IMG/VR virus record: IMGVR_UViG_2657245709_000001
Span: 10,096 to 74,095 of that record
Reading direction: 5' to 3' (one strand)
DNA length: 64,000 nucleotides
Source: a virus
Taxonomy: Duplodnaviria; Caudoviricetes
Under the pieces are notes generated by a model that ran no database searches, had not been told where the DNA came from, and saw only the letters and a program-made list of their open reading frames with translations. This document shows positions 28,536-36,308 of the stretch, piece by piece (within the stretch, counting starts at the first letter, position 1; each line of letters begins with the position of its first letter). A program made the translations under genes and the position numbers.

Positions 28536-29143
28536 CCGGCGGCTCCCCCGGGCCGGGGCTGCGGGGTGCACGGCTGGTGGGCAATCAGGTCCAGATGCGC
28601 CCTCCATTCGCCCTCTGGCGGAGGCGTGTACCAGTACACCCGGAGCTCCGAGCACTGCGGCCAGAAGTGGGCGTAGGCGCGGCGACCGTCCGCGACTGTC
28701 CCGTCGCAGACCCAGCGGGGTTCGTCGTTCCCGCAGGACGGACAGACCGGTCCTCCGCCCCCGCGCCCGCTGGAGTCGACCAGGTGCTCCTGCCACGCCG
28801 TCCAGTCGACGGACCGGTCCTCGTGAGCGGCCGGCAAGGAGACCGCGCTGAACGCCCACCGCGTGTACAGCCCGCGCCAGCGCTCGATGCCGACAGGGCT
28901 TTCACCATCGGCGGCCTCGTCCCAGAGGATCCAGCAGCCGGCCGCGCGGTACGCGGCGCGTACCGCCTCGAGGGCCGGAGCCAGCAGCTCGGGGCTGGCC
29001 TGGCCCCAGGAGCGTGGCGAGCCGTGGAGGAGCCGCCACACCTCGTACTCGGTTCCGTCCATCCAGCCCGCGCAGTAGGCGGTCTCAGACACCCCTGACA
29101 TGGCGTCGGCCAGCGCGCTCTGCTCGGGAGCCAGGGCGGTCAC
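28532..29143 (-). CDS. Hypothetical protein
   Basis: 'MSGVSETAYCAGWMDGTEYEVW' motif; overlaps neighbours. Confidence 0.65.
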   Translation of the reverse strand: MTALAPEQSALADAMSGVSETAYCAGWMDGTEYEVWRLLHGSPRSWGQASPELLAPALEAVRAAYRAAGCWILWDEAADGESPVGIERWRGLYTRWAFSAVSLPAAHEDRSVDWTAWQEHLVDSSGRGGGGPVCPSCGNDEPRWVCDGTVADGRRAYAHFWPQCSELRVYWYTPPPEGEWRAHLDLIAHQPCTPQPRPGGAAG

Positions 29144-29607
29144 GGTCGCTCCCGGAAAGCAGGGCAGACGCAGCGCCGTGACGACTGGACGCTCAGGCCG
29201 GCGATCGTCTCGGTGACGCGCACGGACAGGTTGCGCAGGCGAAGTCCCTCAACGGCGCACTGAGGCTCGGCGAACGCGGTCATGGAGCCAAGGGCCCGCA
29301 GCAAGTTGGCGGCTTCCTCGATCACGGCGGAGGACGGCGTCCCCTGGTCCTCCCACGGCTCGTGTCCGGCCTGTACGCGCCGGAGGACCGTGCGGGCCAC
29401 GCCGTCTTCGACCCCCAGGCCCTTGGCGAGGTTCTGGTACCGGTCGAGGCCGGCTCTGGCCTGCCGCGCCGCGGCTTCAACTTCGGTGTGCTCTCTGGCC
29501 ATCCGCTCGCGCAGTCCGGCGAAGGCTGAGAAGTCGAGGCCGGCAAATTCCGGCTCGCGGGAGGCGTGCCGTTGGAGAACGGGCGGGTTCGGCAGGCCAT
29601 TGATCAT
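29140..29607 (-). CDS. Hypothetical protein
   Basis: ATG 29607 coupled to the upstream stop. Confidence 0.55.
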   Translation of the reverse strand: MINGLPNPPVLQRHASREPEFAGLDFSAFAGLRERMAREHTEVEAAARQARAGLDRYQNLAKGLGVEDGVARTVLRRVQAGHEPWEDQGTPSSAVIEEAANLLRALGSMTAFAEPQCAVEGLRLRNLSVRVTETIAGLSVQSSRRCVCPAFRERP

Positions 29608-30068
29608 GGCGTCCACCTTCCGCTCGGTACGAGTGCGGCTCGGATGGCGCGCGGCGTGACGATGAGGCGTCGGCCGAGCTCCATCATCCGCACCTCCATG
29701 GCGGACAGCAGTCGGTTCCTCTCGGAGAGGTCGCGCAGGGACCGCTGTTGGTCGCAGTGCCACAGCAGGTGCATCTCCTGGTCGGCGGCTGCCGCTACGG
29801 TCTCTGGCGAGGCGTCGGGGTCGACGAGCAGCCGGGCCCGCCACGGCGAGCCGATGTCGTCGCCGACTCCGTACGCGGTGTAGCCGCGGTCGAGGCGCCA
29901 AGACAGCCAGAACTCGGAGAACCGCATCGGGTGACTGGTCTCCGGGTCGGGAAAGGTGATCTTCGCTTCGCTGTTCGTGACGTACTCGGGATCCCAGCCT
30001 CGCCCCTCAAGGGTGGTGGAGAGCCGGCCGAGGAAGTCCTCCTGGTGATGAACGGCAGGGGTGAGCAT
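29604..30068 (-). CDS. Hypothetical protein
   Basis: ORF with globular composition, coupled to the downstream gene. Confidence 0.6.
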   Translation of the reverse strand: MLTPAVHHQEDFLGRLSTTLEGRGWDPEYVTNSEAKITFPDPETSHPMRFSEFWLSWRLDRGYTAYGVGDDIGSPWRARLLVDPDASPETVAAAADQEMHLLWHCDQQRSLRDLSERNRLLSAMEVRMMELGRRLIVTPRAIRAALVPSGRWTP

Positions 30069-30086
30069 GCGGGCCAGTATGACCCG

Positions 30087-30422
30087 TCACGCGTGGGACA
30101 GTTTGCCCTTTTGATCCGGGCAGTAGACGGCGACGGCGGCCGAGAGCAGCGCCGCTGACTCCCGGTCGGAGAATCCCTTCCTGGCGTAGGAGAGGGCGCT
30201 GGCGGCCGAGCCCGCTTTCAACTGGTCGCAGAGGTCGCGCCCCTCGGAGCCGAGCGTGCCGGCGAGCTTGTCGGTGGGGATCCCGCCGAAGTCGTCGGGG
30301 TCCGCCGCGGCCACGGCGTCGGCGTAGCGCTTGTCGCTCTCGGACGGGCTGCTGGAACAGCCGACGAGGACCAGGACGGCGAGGCCGGTTGCGGCTACGG
30401 CTGCGGGGAGTGTGTGTCGCAT
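30087..30422 (-). CDS. Lipoprotein (DUF732-like)
   Basis: Signal peptide with lipobox LVGC; 'GRDLCDQL...AAVAVYCP'. Confidence 0.75.
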   Translation of the reverse strand: MRHTLPAAVAATGLAVLVLVGCSSSPSESDKRYADAVAAADPDDFGGIPTDKLAGTLGSEGRDLCDQLKAGSAASALSYARKGFSDRESAALLSAAVAVYCPDQKGKLSHA

Positions 30423-30632
30423 GCAGGCGATGGTGCAGCCACGTGAGGGGGCTTGCGGCCGGTATGGCCAAGTTGTGACCGCGCGTCCGCCGCGGGCGCC
30501 CGGCGACGGGGAGGCCGCCGGGCGCCCCTCTGCGGGGGGATGTTCAGCCTGACAGGACACCGGGCACGGCAGGAACGTTTCCGCCCCTGCTTCACCCGTC
30601 CGTGTCACCGGCCCCTGGCCACCCCGCGGGCT

Positions 30633-31364
30633 CTATGCGGCGACGAGTTCGATGAACCGGTCGCGGGCAACCCGCCAGTAGGTCGCGGACTGCTCGATCC
30701 CGATGAAGCTGCGGCCCTCGAGAAGTGCGGCGGTGCCGGTCGTGCCGCTGCCAGCGAACGGGTCCAGCACCAGTCCCGGCTCCGGGACGATGCGGACCAA
30801 CTGCTGCATGACGTCGAGGGGCTTCTGGGTGATGTGCACGCGGGCGTTTCCCCGCGGCTGGCTGCCGGTGAAGTGGCCAGGCAGGTAGACCGGCTGGTTG
30901 CCCGGCACCATCGCGCCGTTGCTGCCCCAGACGATGAACTCGCACTCCTGGCGCAGGCGTCCGGGCTGGGGGCGGGCGATCGGCTTGTGCCAGACGGCGA
31001 CGCCGCGCCAGGTGTAACCGGCGGCCTGGAGGGCGTCGGTGGTGGCTGGGAGCTGGCGCCAGTCCGTGAAGACGAGCGCAGCGCCGCCGGGCCGTGTGAG
31101 GCGGTAGGCATGGGCGAGGATGAGGGACAGCCACGCAGTGTAAGAGCGCTGGTCACGGTTCTCGCCAGTGAAGTCACCGAGGTCGAACCCGTGGTTGCGG
31201 CCGCCCTCAGTGAGGTACTTCTCGCGGGCTGTGCGGCTCGTGCGCTCATGCATGGTCCGGCCGCCGGAGTTGTAGGGCGGATCGCAGATCACCGCGTCCA
31301 CCGGGTCTGTGAGCGCGGGCAGGACGGTGAGGGCATCGCCTCGGTGGAGCTGCCAGGAGGGCAT
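30633..31364 (-). CDS. Orphan beta-class N6-adenine/N4-cytosine DNA methyltransferase
   Basis: DPPY near the N-terminus, 'HITQKP', 'LDPFAGSGTT' near the C-terminus. Confidence 0.93.
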   Translation of the reverse strand: MPSWQLHRGDALTVLPALTDPVDAVICDPPYNSGGRTMHERTSRTAREKYLTEGGRNHGFDLGDFTGENRDQRSYTAWLSLILAHAYRLTRPGGAALVFTDWRQLPATTDALQAAGYTWRGVAVWHKPIARPQPGRLRQECEFIVWGSNGAMVPGNQPVYLPGHFTGSQPRGNARVHITQKPLDVMQQLVRIVPEPGLVLDPFAGSGTTGTAALLEGRSFIGIEQSATYWRVARDRFIELVAA

Positions 31365-31499
31365 GCGGTACTGCCTCTCGTGCGGTCGCGTACGCCGGTG
31401 GCGAGCGAGTCGGTGCACGGCCCCGGACGGGGCGCCCTCGAGCAGTTCCCGGTCATGATGCGGTTCAAGGTGCCCTGGTGAGCACTTCTCACCGCACGC

Positions 31500-31539
31500 G
31501 GGAGCGGGCGCCCAGCCAGGTGGCCAGGCGCCCGCTCCC
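31500..31539 (-). terminator. Hairpin downstream of the 31551-32441 gene
   Basis: GGGAGCGGGCGCC ... GGCGCCCGCTCCC. Confidence 0.55.
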
Positions 31540-31550
31540 CTGCCCTACGT

Positions 31551-32441
31551 TCAGGTACCCGCGACGGCGACCGGGTTGTCTCCGACCCAGCCGATCCGCG
31601 CGTCGACGTTGGCCTCCGCGGTGCGGCGCCGCACCTTGTGCGTCAGCTCCGCCAGGCGACCGGTCTTCGTCCGGCACCGCTGCTGCGCCCCGGCATCGCA
31701 GCTCTCGCACTCGATCCGCAGCTCCTCCTCCTGGACGGCTGCGTCCCGCTCCCGTCGGCGCCGTTCCTGCGCCGTCTTCGATTCCCATGACAACAGCAGG
31801 GACTTGCGCACGCCGGCCATCCCCTCGGGGTAGGTGACCGTGTTCTCCGCGTACGAGGCGTCGCGGGCCAGGAGGAGGAGCTGGTTCGCGGTGGGGATGA
31901 TCGCCGGGCCCCCGTACGTCTCGCGGTCGGTGTTCATCGCGGCGGCACCCCATCGGTCGCCGGCCGCGAAGCCGGTGGCGAGGGGGACGTCGCCGTCGAT
32001 GATGCGGGCGATGCGCTGCAGGCGCCCAGCGCGGTCCCGCAGGGTGGTTGCCTCGCGGCGCAGGCAGTCGATGTCGTCGGCGAGTTCGACCGGTGTGTCC
32101 GGGGTTTCGGCGGCGCGCGCGAGCTGGTCCAACCAGACCGCCGCAGCGGAACAGTGCACGGCCAGTTCGTCGAGCGTGATCCGGTCCCCCGCTGACAGAT
32201 GGTCCGTTGAGGCGTCGGAGGTGTCCTGCTGGCCAGGCAGAGGACGGTCCGGTGCGTCGACGATGGCGTGAATCCGCATCCCCTCCTTTCCGCGGGCGCG
32301 CCGCTCGACCGGACGCCCCACTACACCGAGCGCAGTAGCTGCCGCCTCCCAGGTGCGCCGAGCGGCATCGATGTCGGCGGACGTGACGGAGAGTTCGGCG
32401 CGGCCGTCATCCGGCAGCGGACCGTACGAGGTAGTGATCAT
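31551..32441 (-). CDS. Hypothetical protein with C-terminal zinc finger
   Basis: 'CESCDAGAQQRCRTKTGRLAELTH'. Confidence 0.7.
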   Translation of the reverse strand: MITTSYGPLPDDGRAELSVTSADIDAARRTWEAAATALGVVGRPVERRARGKEGMRIHAIVDAPDRPLPGQQDTSDASTDHLSAGDRITLDELAVHCSAAAVWLDQLARAAETPDTPVELADDIDCLRREATTLRDRAGRLQRIARIIDGDVPLATGFAAGDRWGAAAMNTDRETYGGPAIIPTANQLLLLARDASYAENTVTYPEGMAGVRKSLLLSWESKTAQERRRRERDAAVQEEELRIECESCDAGAQQRCRTKTGRLAELTHKVRRRTAEANVDARIGWVGDNPVAVAGT

Positions 32442-32486
32442 CAGGTTTCCCCTAGGTGAAGCAGTTCGGGTGTTCGATTGCGGTGT

Positions 32487-32687
32487 TCAGTCGTCCGGTG
32501 CCGTGTTGCCGGCGTCGAGCTGGAGATAGGTCCGCCCGCCGTCGTAGGGGCGTGGGTCGGTCGTGTGGAACGACGCCTCGAGGACGGCGAGGACGGCGCG
32601 GGTGGTGGCTTCGTCAGCCGTGATCCGGATGTCGGCGATGCCCGGCAGGAACGCGCGTTCCCGGCGGGGCCGCGGCTCCCGGGCCAT
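32487..32687 (-). CDS. Small hypothetical protein
   Basis: TGATG coupling to the upstream gene; 'RTYLQL'. Confidence 0.55.
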   Translation of the reverse strand: MAREPRPRRERAFLPGIADIRITADEATTRAVLAVLEASFHTTDPRPYDGGRTYLQLDAGNTAPDD

Positions 32688-33070
32688 CAGGCGGTTCGGT
32701 AGGGGTCGCTGGCGCTGATGCGGGCGAGCCACACCGTCAGGGTCGCCTCGTCGACGGCGTCGAGGGCCGCCAGCAGGGTGGCCAGGGACTGCCTCATCGC
32801 AGCCTCCTTGGCGGTCATCCCGGCGGGCGTGATGCGCATCCGGAGGCTGCCGAGGACGTCCTCGGCGCTGGGCCGGGCCTGACCGTCTACGGGGTCGGCG
32901 CTCCAGGCGCGCCCGCGGAGGGCGCCCCAGGCTGCGCGGGCGAGACCGGTGCGCATGTGGTGAACGTCGGTGCCCATGCGGGCGACGAGGTGGTGGAGTT
33001 CGTCCATCGAGCGGACGGTGCCGCCGTGGTCGACCCAGTCGGTGCGGTCGCTGGTGTGCTGGTGGTCCAT
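32687..33070 (-). CDS. Hypothetical protein
   Basis: GAGG RBS; operon packing. Confidence 0.6.
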   Translation of the reverse strand: MDHQHTSDRTDWVDHGGTVRSMDELHHLVARMGTDVHHMRTGLARAAWGALRGRAWSADPVDGQARPSAEDVLGSLRMRITPAGMTAKEAAMRQSLATLLAALDAVDEATLTVWLARISASDPYRTA

Positions 33071-33083
33071 GGTTCCTCGGTGT

Positions 33084-33314
33084 TCAGAGCGCCTTGATGA
33101 TCAGGGCGAGGACAACGACTGCGACGATCGCTGCGAGGATCCGCGCCTGGACCAGGTCGAGCTGGTACGAGACGGGCTGGATGGTCTCGCCGATCGGGTG
33201 GTCGCCACCGTGAAACTCGTCGCGATGCCGCTGCCCGTGCTGCTGCGCGCCTGCCTCGAGCTCGTAGGGGCTCGACTCGGTGCGGCAGCCGGGGCAGACG
33301 TACTTGTGGGGCAT
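33084..33314 (-). CDS. Small zinc-binding membrane protein, mobile-element type
   Basis: CPGC...H...H.G followed by a C-terminal TM helix. Confidence 0.65.
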   Translation of the reverse strand: MPHKYVCPGCRTESSPYELEAGAQQHGQRHRDEFHGGDHPIGETIQPVSYQLDLVQARILAAIVAVVVLALIIKAL

Positions 33315-33345
33315 CGTGTGCCTGCTCTCAAGGTCGGGTGCAGGT

Positions 33346-33412
33346 GGTAGACGAGGACGGTAGACGACCGGTAGATGAGGGCGGTAGATGGCGTCTGACC
33401 TGGGCTTCTACC
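33346..33412. repeat. Four 8-bp direct repeats GGTAGAYG plus one partial inverted copy (clt/TRS-like)
   Basis: Copies at 33346, 33359, 33370, 33383; TCTACC at ~33407-33412. Confidence 0.7.
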
Positions 33413-34559
33413 TCCTTCCAGGGGTGGGGGCGAGAGCGGCCGGGAGCGGGGTGTGACTGGTGGTGCTGACGGGGGTCGAGGGGCGCCCCCCGTCGTCCTG
33501 CTGGAGCCGCCCCGCGAGCACCTCCACAGCGGCCTCCTCCTCGCCCCCGGCGGGGGCCCCGCTCTCGCCCCCAGCGGGGGCCTGCGGGGAGGCGTCCGTC
33601 CCCTCTCCCGAGGGGCCCGCGGGGAGGTCTGCGGCCGGTGCGTCAGCTGGGGTGCGGAGACGGTGCAGAGCATGCGCGACGGGCACCCCCAGAGCAGTAA
33701 CCAGCTCGTCCACGTGGACGCCGTGGGTGGGCCCGGTCCCGGACCCCCGGATCTGCATCTGCTTCACCGGGATCCCCACCCGGCCACAGTGGGCGCGGAG
33801 CACGCTCACGTCCCACGTGTCGGGGACACCCGGTTCATCCAGCAGGTCTCGGAGGTGGATGCCCTTGCGACCGGCGGCGACCGCCGCGGCTACGCGTTCA
33901 CACACCGTGCGCAGCAGCCAGTGGGCGCCGCCGCGCACCGCTGCTTCGTCCGGTGGCCCGTCCGGCTCGTCCACTTCTTCAGCGGCATCCGGCTCACCGT
34001 CCAGAGTCTCCTCGCCCCCGTCGTCTTCTCGGGCCTTGGAGCGCTTCTCGAGGCGGGCTGCGGCCACCGCGGCGGCGCACCAGGCGACGGGCATACCCGG
34101 GGCGACGGCGACGAGTTCAGGGACCAGCGCGTGAAGGCCGGCCTGGACGGGTCGGTGCAGGAAGCACCAGCCGACCCAGCCGACTCCGGCGACCAGAGCC
34201 GCCCGGTCCGCCGAAACGGCGAACAAGACGAACCCGCGCTTCGGCGCCTTCGGCTTCCCCTTCGCGGACTTCGACTTCTCACTCCCCGGCTTCTCGGCCT
34301 TCGGCTCCTCCGAGTCCGGCGGCCCCTGTCCGGGCTTCTCCGGCGCCTTGCTGGCCTCGGGCGCCGGGGCTTCTTGTTCCTTCGTCTCCTCCGAAGACCT
34401 GTCCTTCTTCACCGGCGTGGCCGTCGGGACACCGCGGGCCGCCTGGATGCCTTCGCGCGCGGCGTTGCGGGCGAGCCGGACCAGGATGCGGCTGCCGGTG
34501 CCGATGTCGAAGTACACGTCCAGGAGCCGCTGGTACGGCTCGGCCTCGGGCTCGGTCAT
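33408..34559 (-). CDS. Membrane protein with TraB-like C-terminal winged-helix domain, no ATPase
   Basis: Two hydrophobic segments, then 'GIHLRDLL...W....LR...GIPVKQMQI..G...GVHVDEL'; no Walker A motif. Confidence 0.6.
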   Translation of the reverse strand: MTEPEAEPYQRLLDVYFDIGTGSRILVRLARNAAREGIQAARGVPTATPVKKDRSSEETKEQEAPAPEASKAPEKPGQGPPDSEEPKAEKPGSEKSKSAKGKPKAPKRGFVLFAVSADRAALVAGVGWVGWCFLHRPVQAGLHALVPELVAVAPGMPVAWCAAAVAAARLEKRSKAREDDGGEETLDGEPDAAEEVDEPDGPPDEAAVRGGAHWLLRTVCERVAAAVAAGRKGIHLRDLLDEPGVPDTWDVSVLRAHCGRVGIPVKQMQIRGSGTGPTHGVHVDELVTALGVPVAHALHRLRTPADAPAADLPAGPSGEGTDASPQAPAGGESGAPAGGEEEAAVEVLAGRLQQDDGGRPSTPVSTTSHTPLPAALAPTPGRR

Positions 34560-35011
34560 GACGGGCTGCCGAGGTTGCCGAGGGTGGTCCGCGCCGCATT
34601 GAGGATGATCGCGCCGATGCCACCGGCCTCGACGAAGTACATGCTGGCGGCGAGGGCCAGCACAGCGGGGATCCACTTCCGCTTCCAGCCGGGCCCGACC
34701 GCCAGGAGCGTCAGGGCGATCGCCATGCCGCCGGCGCCGGGATCGTTGAATCCCGACTGCTGGACGGTCGACGCGGGGATGCTGCCGAGGCCAGTGATGA
34801 CGTCGCGCCAGTTCCCGCCCGCGGCAAGGCACACCGACCCGGTGACCAGCGCCCAGCCGGTGATCCTCTCCTTCGTGTTGATGGGGATCCGGTTGGAGCC
34901 GCTCACGCCCAGGCACAGGGCGAGGAACATGATCAAGGCGATCCCGGACAGCGTGATCGTGCCGAGCCAGTTGCCCTTGGCCAAGGCGCCGGGGGCAGCG
35001 AGGGTGAACAT
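34556..35011 (-). CDS. Multi-pass membrane protein (Spd-like)
   Basis: About four TM segments; coupled to the downstream gene. Confidence 0.65.
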   Translation of the reverse strand: MFTLAAPGALAKGNWLGTITLSGIALIMFLALCLGVSGSNRIPINTKERITGWALVTGSVCLAAGGNWRDVITGLGSIPASTVQQSGFNDPGAGGMAIALTLLAVGPGWKRKWIPAVLALAASMYFVEAGGIGAIILNAARTTLGNLGSPS

Positions 35012-35024
35012 GTGCAGGGGCCTT

Positions 35025-36113
35025 TCAGCGAGGTCCGGGAGCGTAGAGAACAACCGCGAGGAGCGCGGAGGCGAGCGGGATCCGTGCGAGCCACCGCAGG
35101 AACCAAGGCTGGTACCTGAAACGGCGGTCGATGGCCCAGTAGAGGCCGCCGCACATGCCGGTGGAGGCCACCAGGAGCGCGACGCCGGAGGGATCCAGGC
35201 CCGCGTAGTGCCCGTACTGGCCCAGGACGCCGACGAGTTCGTGGGCGATGCCGGGCGCGTAGCTGGCGCCCATCGCTGTGACGACGGCACGGCCTACGAG
35301 ACCGCCGGGCAGGATGCTCGCCACGACGTGCGTACCCGAGAGCCGCCAGGCGCCGTACCCGCAGCCCAGCGCGAGGATCGCGCCAGCGATGCCCACGGCC
35401 CCGTGATCGGCCGTGTACAGGCACTCCCCGAGGACGTCGACCGCGCCGATGCTGTAGCCGACCGCGGCGGCGGTCCCGGTGAACAGGATCGGGCGCATGT
35501 AGTTGGTGGATGTGCTGCTCTTGCTGGAGGCCGGGGCCTTCCCCGTGGGGGCGACGGCGCCGGGGCGCACATCCGGCTCCTGGGCTGGGGTGCCAGCGGC
35601 GTCCGGGGGTTCCGGTTCGAGCTGCTCGTCGCAGATCACGCAGAGGTGAGCGACGAGTTCGCCGTACGGCTGGGCATGGACGGGCACCGTGCGCTCGTGC
35701 GTGCACTCTGGTTCGGGCGGGTTCGACGCGGGCTTCGGAAAGGGCAGCATGTCGCGTATCCGGAGGCGGGGCGTGTCGGTGGCGGCCTGCGCGCTCGGAG
35801 CCTTGGCCGCAGGGGGCGGTCCGGCCGGAGGCCGCAGTTCCTCGGTGCCCGTCGGCTCGTGGCGTGCCGGTTGCGAGGAAGGAGGGGCGTCCTCACGGTC
35901 CTCCTGGTGGTGCCCGTCGTTCTCGTCGAAGTCGAAGTTGTCCCAGTCGGACGGGAACGGGCGCGAGGGCGGCGGCGGGGGTGGCGCGATGAAGGTGTCG
36001 TCCGGGGCGGCGGACGTACCCGCCGAGCGCGGGGTGAGCTGCACCGGAGATTCGGGCCCGGTCGGTGTGCTCTCCCCGCCGCTGGTCTCCTCGGTGCCTG
36101 ACGTGTGGGTCAT
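35025..36113 (-). CDS. Pro-rich N-terminus, multi-TM C-terminus membrane protein
   Basis: Composition; 'RWLARIPLASALLAVVLYAP' C-terminus. Confidence 0.7.
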   Translation of the reverse strand: MTHTSGTEETSGGESTPTGPESPVQLTPRSAGTSAAPDDTFIAPPPPPPSRPFPSDWDNFDFDENDGHHQEDREDAPPSSQPARHEPTGTEELRPPAGPPPAAKAPSAQAATDTPRLRIRDMLPFPKPASNPPEPECTHERTVPVHAQPYGELVAHLCVICDEQLEPEPPDAAGTPAQEPDVRPGAVAPTGKAPASSKSSTSTNYMRPILFTGTAAAVGYSIGAVDVLGECLYTADHGAVGIAGAILALGCGYGAWRLSGTHVVASILPGGLVGRAVVTAMGASYAPGIAHELVGVLGQYGHYAGLDPSGVALLVASTGMCGGLYWAIDRRFRYQPWFLRWLARIPLASALLAVVLYAPGPR

Positions 36114-36277
36114 GACGACCGCACCCAGGTGTCGAGGAAGGCGAATGCGAGGGCCGCGGCAGCGAGGGTGATCGTGGCCTTTGCCCCGTCCCGGCCGGGC
36201 GCCAGCACGGTCAGCGTGAGCGCTCCGGCCAGGCAGAGCATGTACAGGCCGGTCAGGGCGAGGTGGAGGGTGTGCAC
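36110..36277 (-). CDS. 55-aa two-TM membrane peptide (not in ORF track)
   Basis: GTG 36277 with GAGGA RBS; MHTLHLALTGLYMLCLAG...WVRSS*; ATGA overlap. Confidence 0.6.
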   Translation of the reverse strand: MHTLHLALTGLYMLCLAGALTLTVLAPGRDGAKATITLAAAALAFAFLDTWVRSS

Positions 36278-36308
36278 AGCGGGGTCCTCTTCGGGAATCG
36301 GGCGCGGG

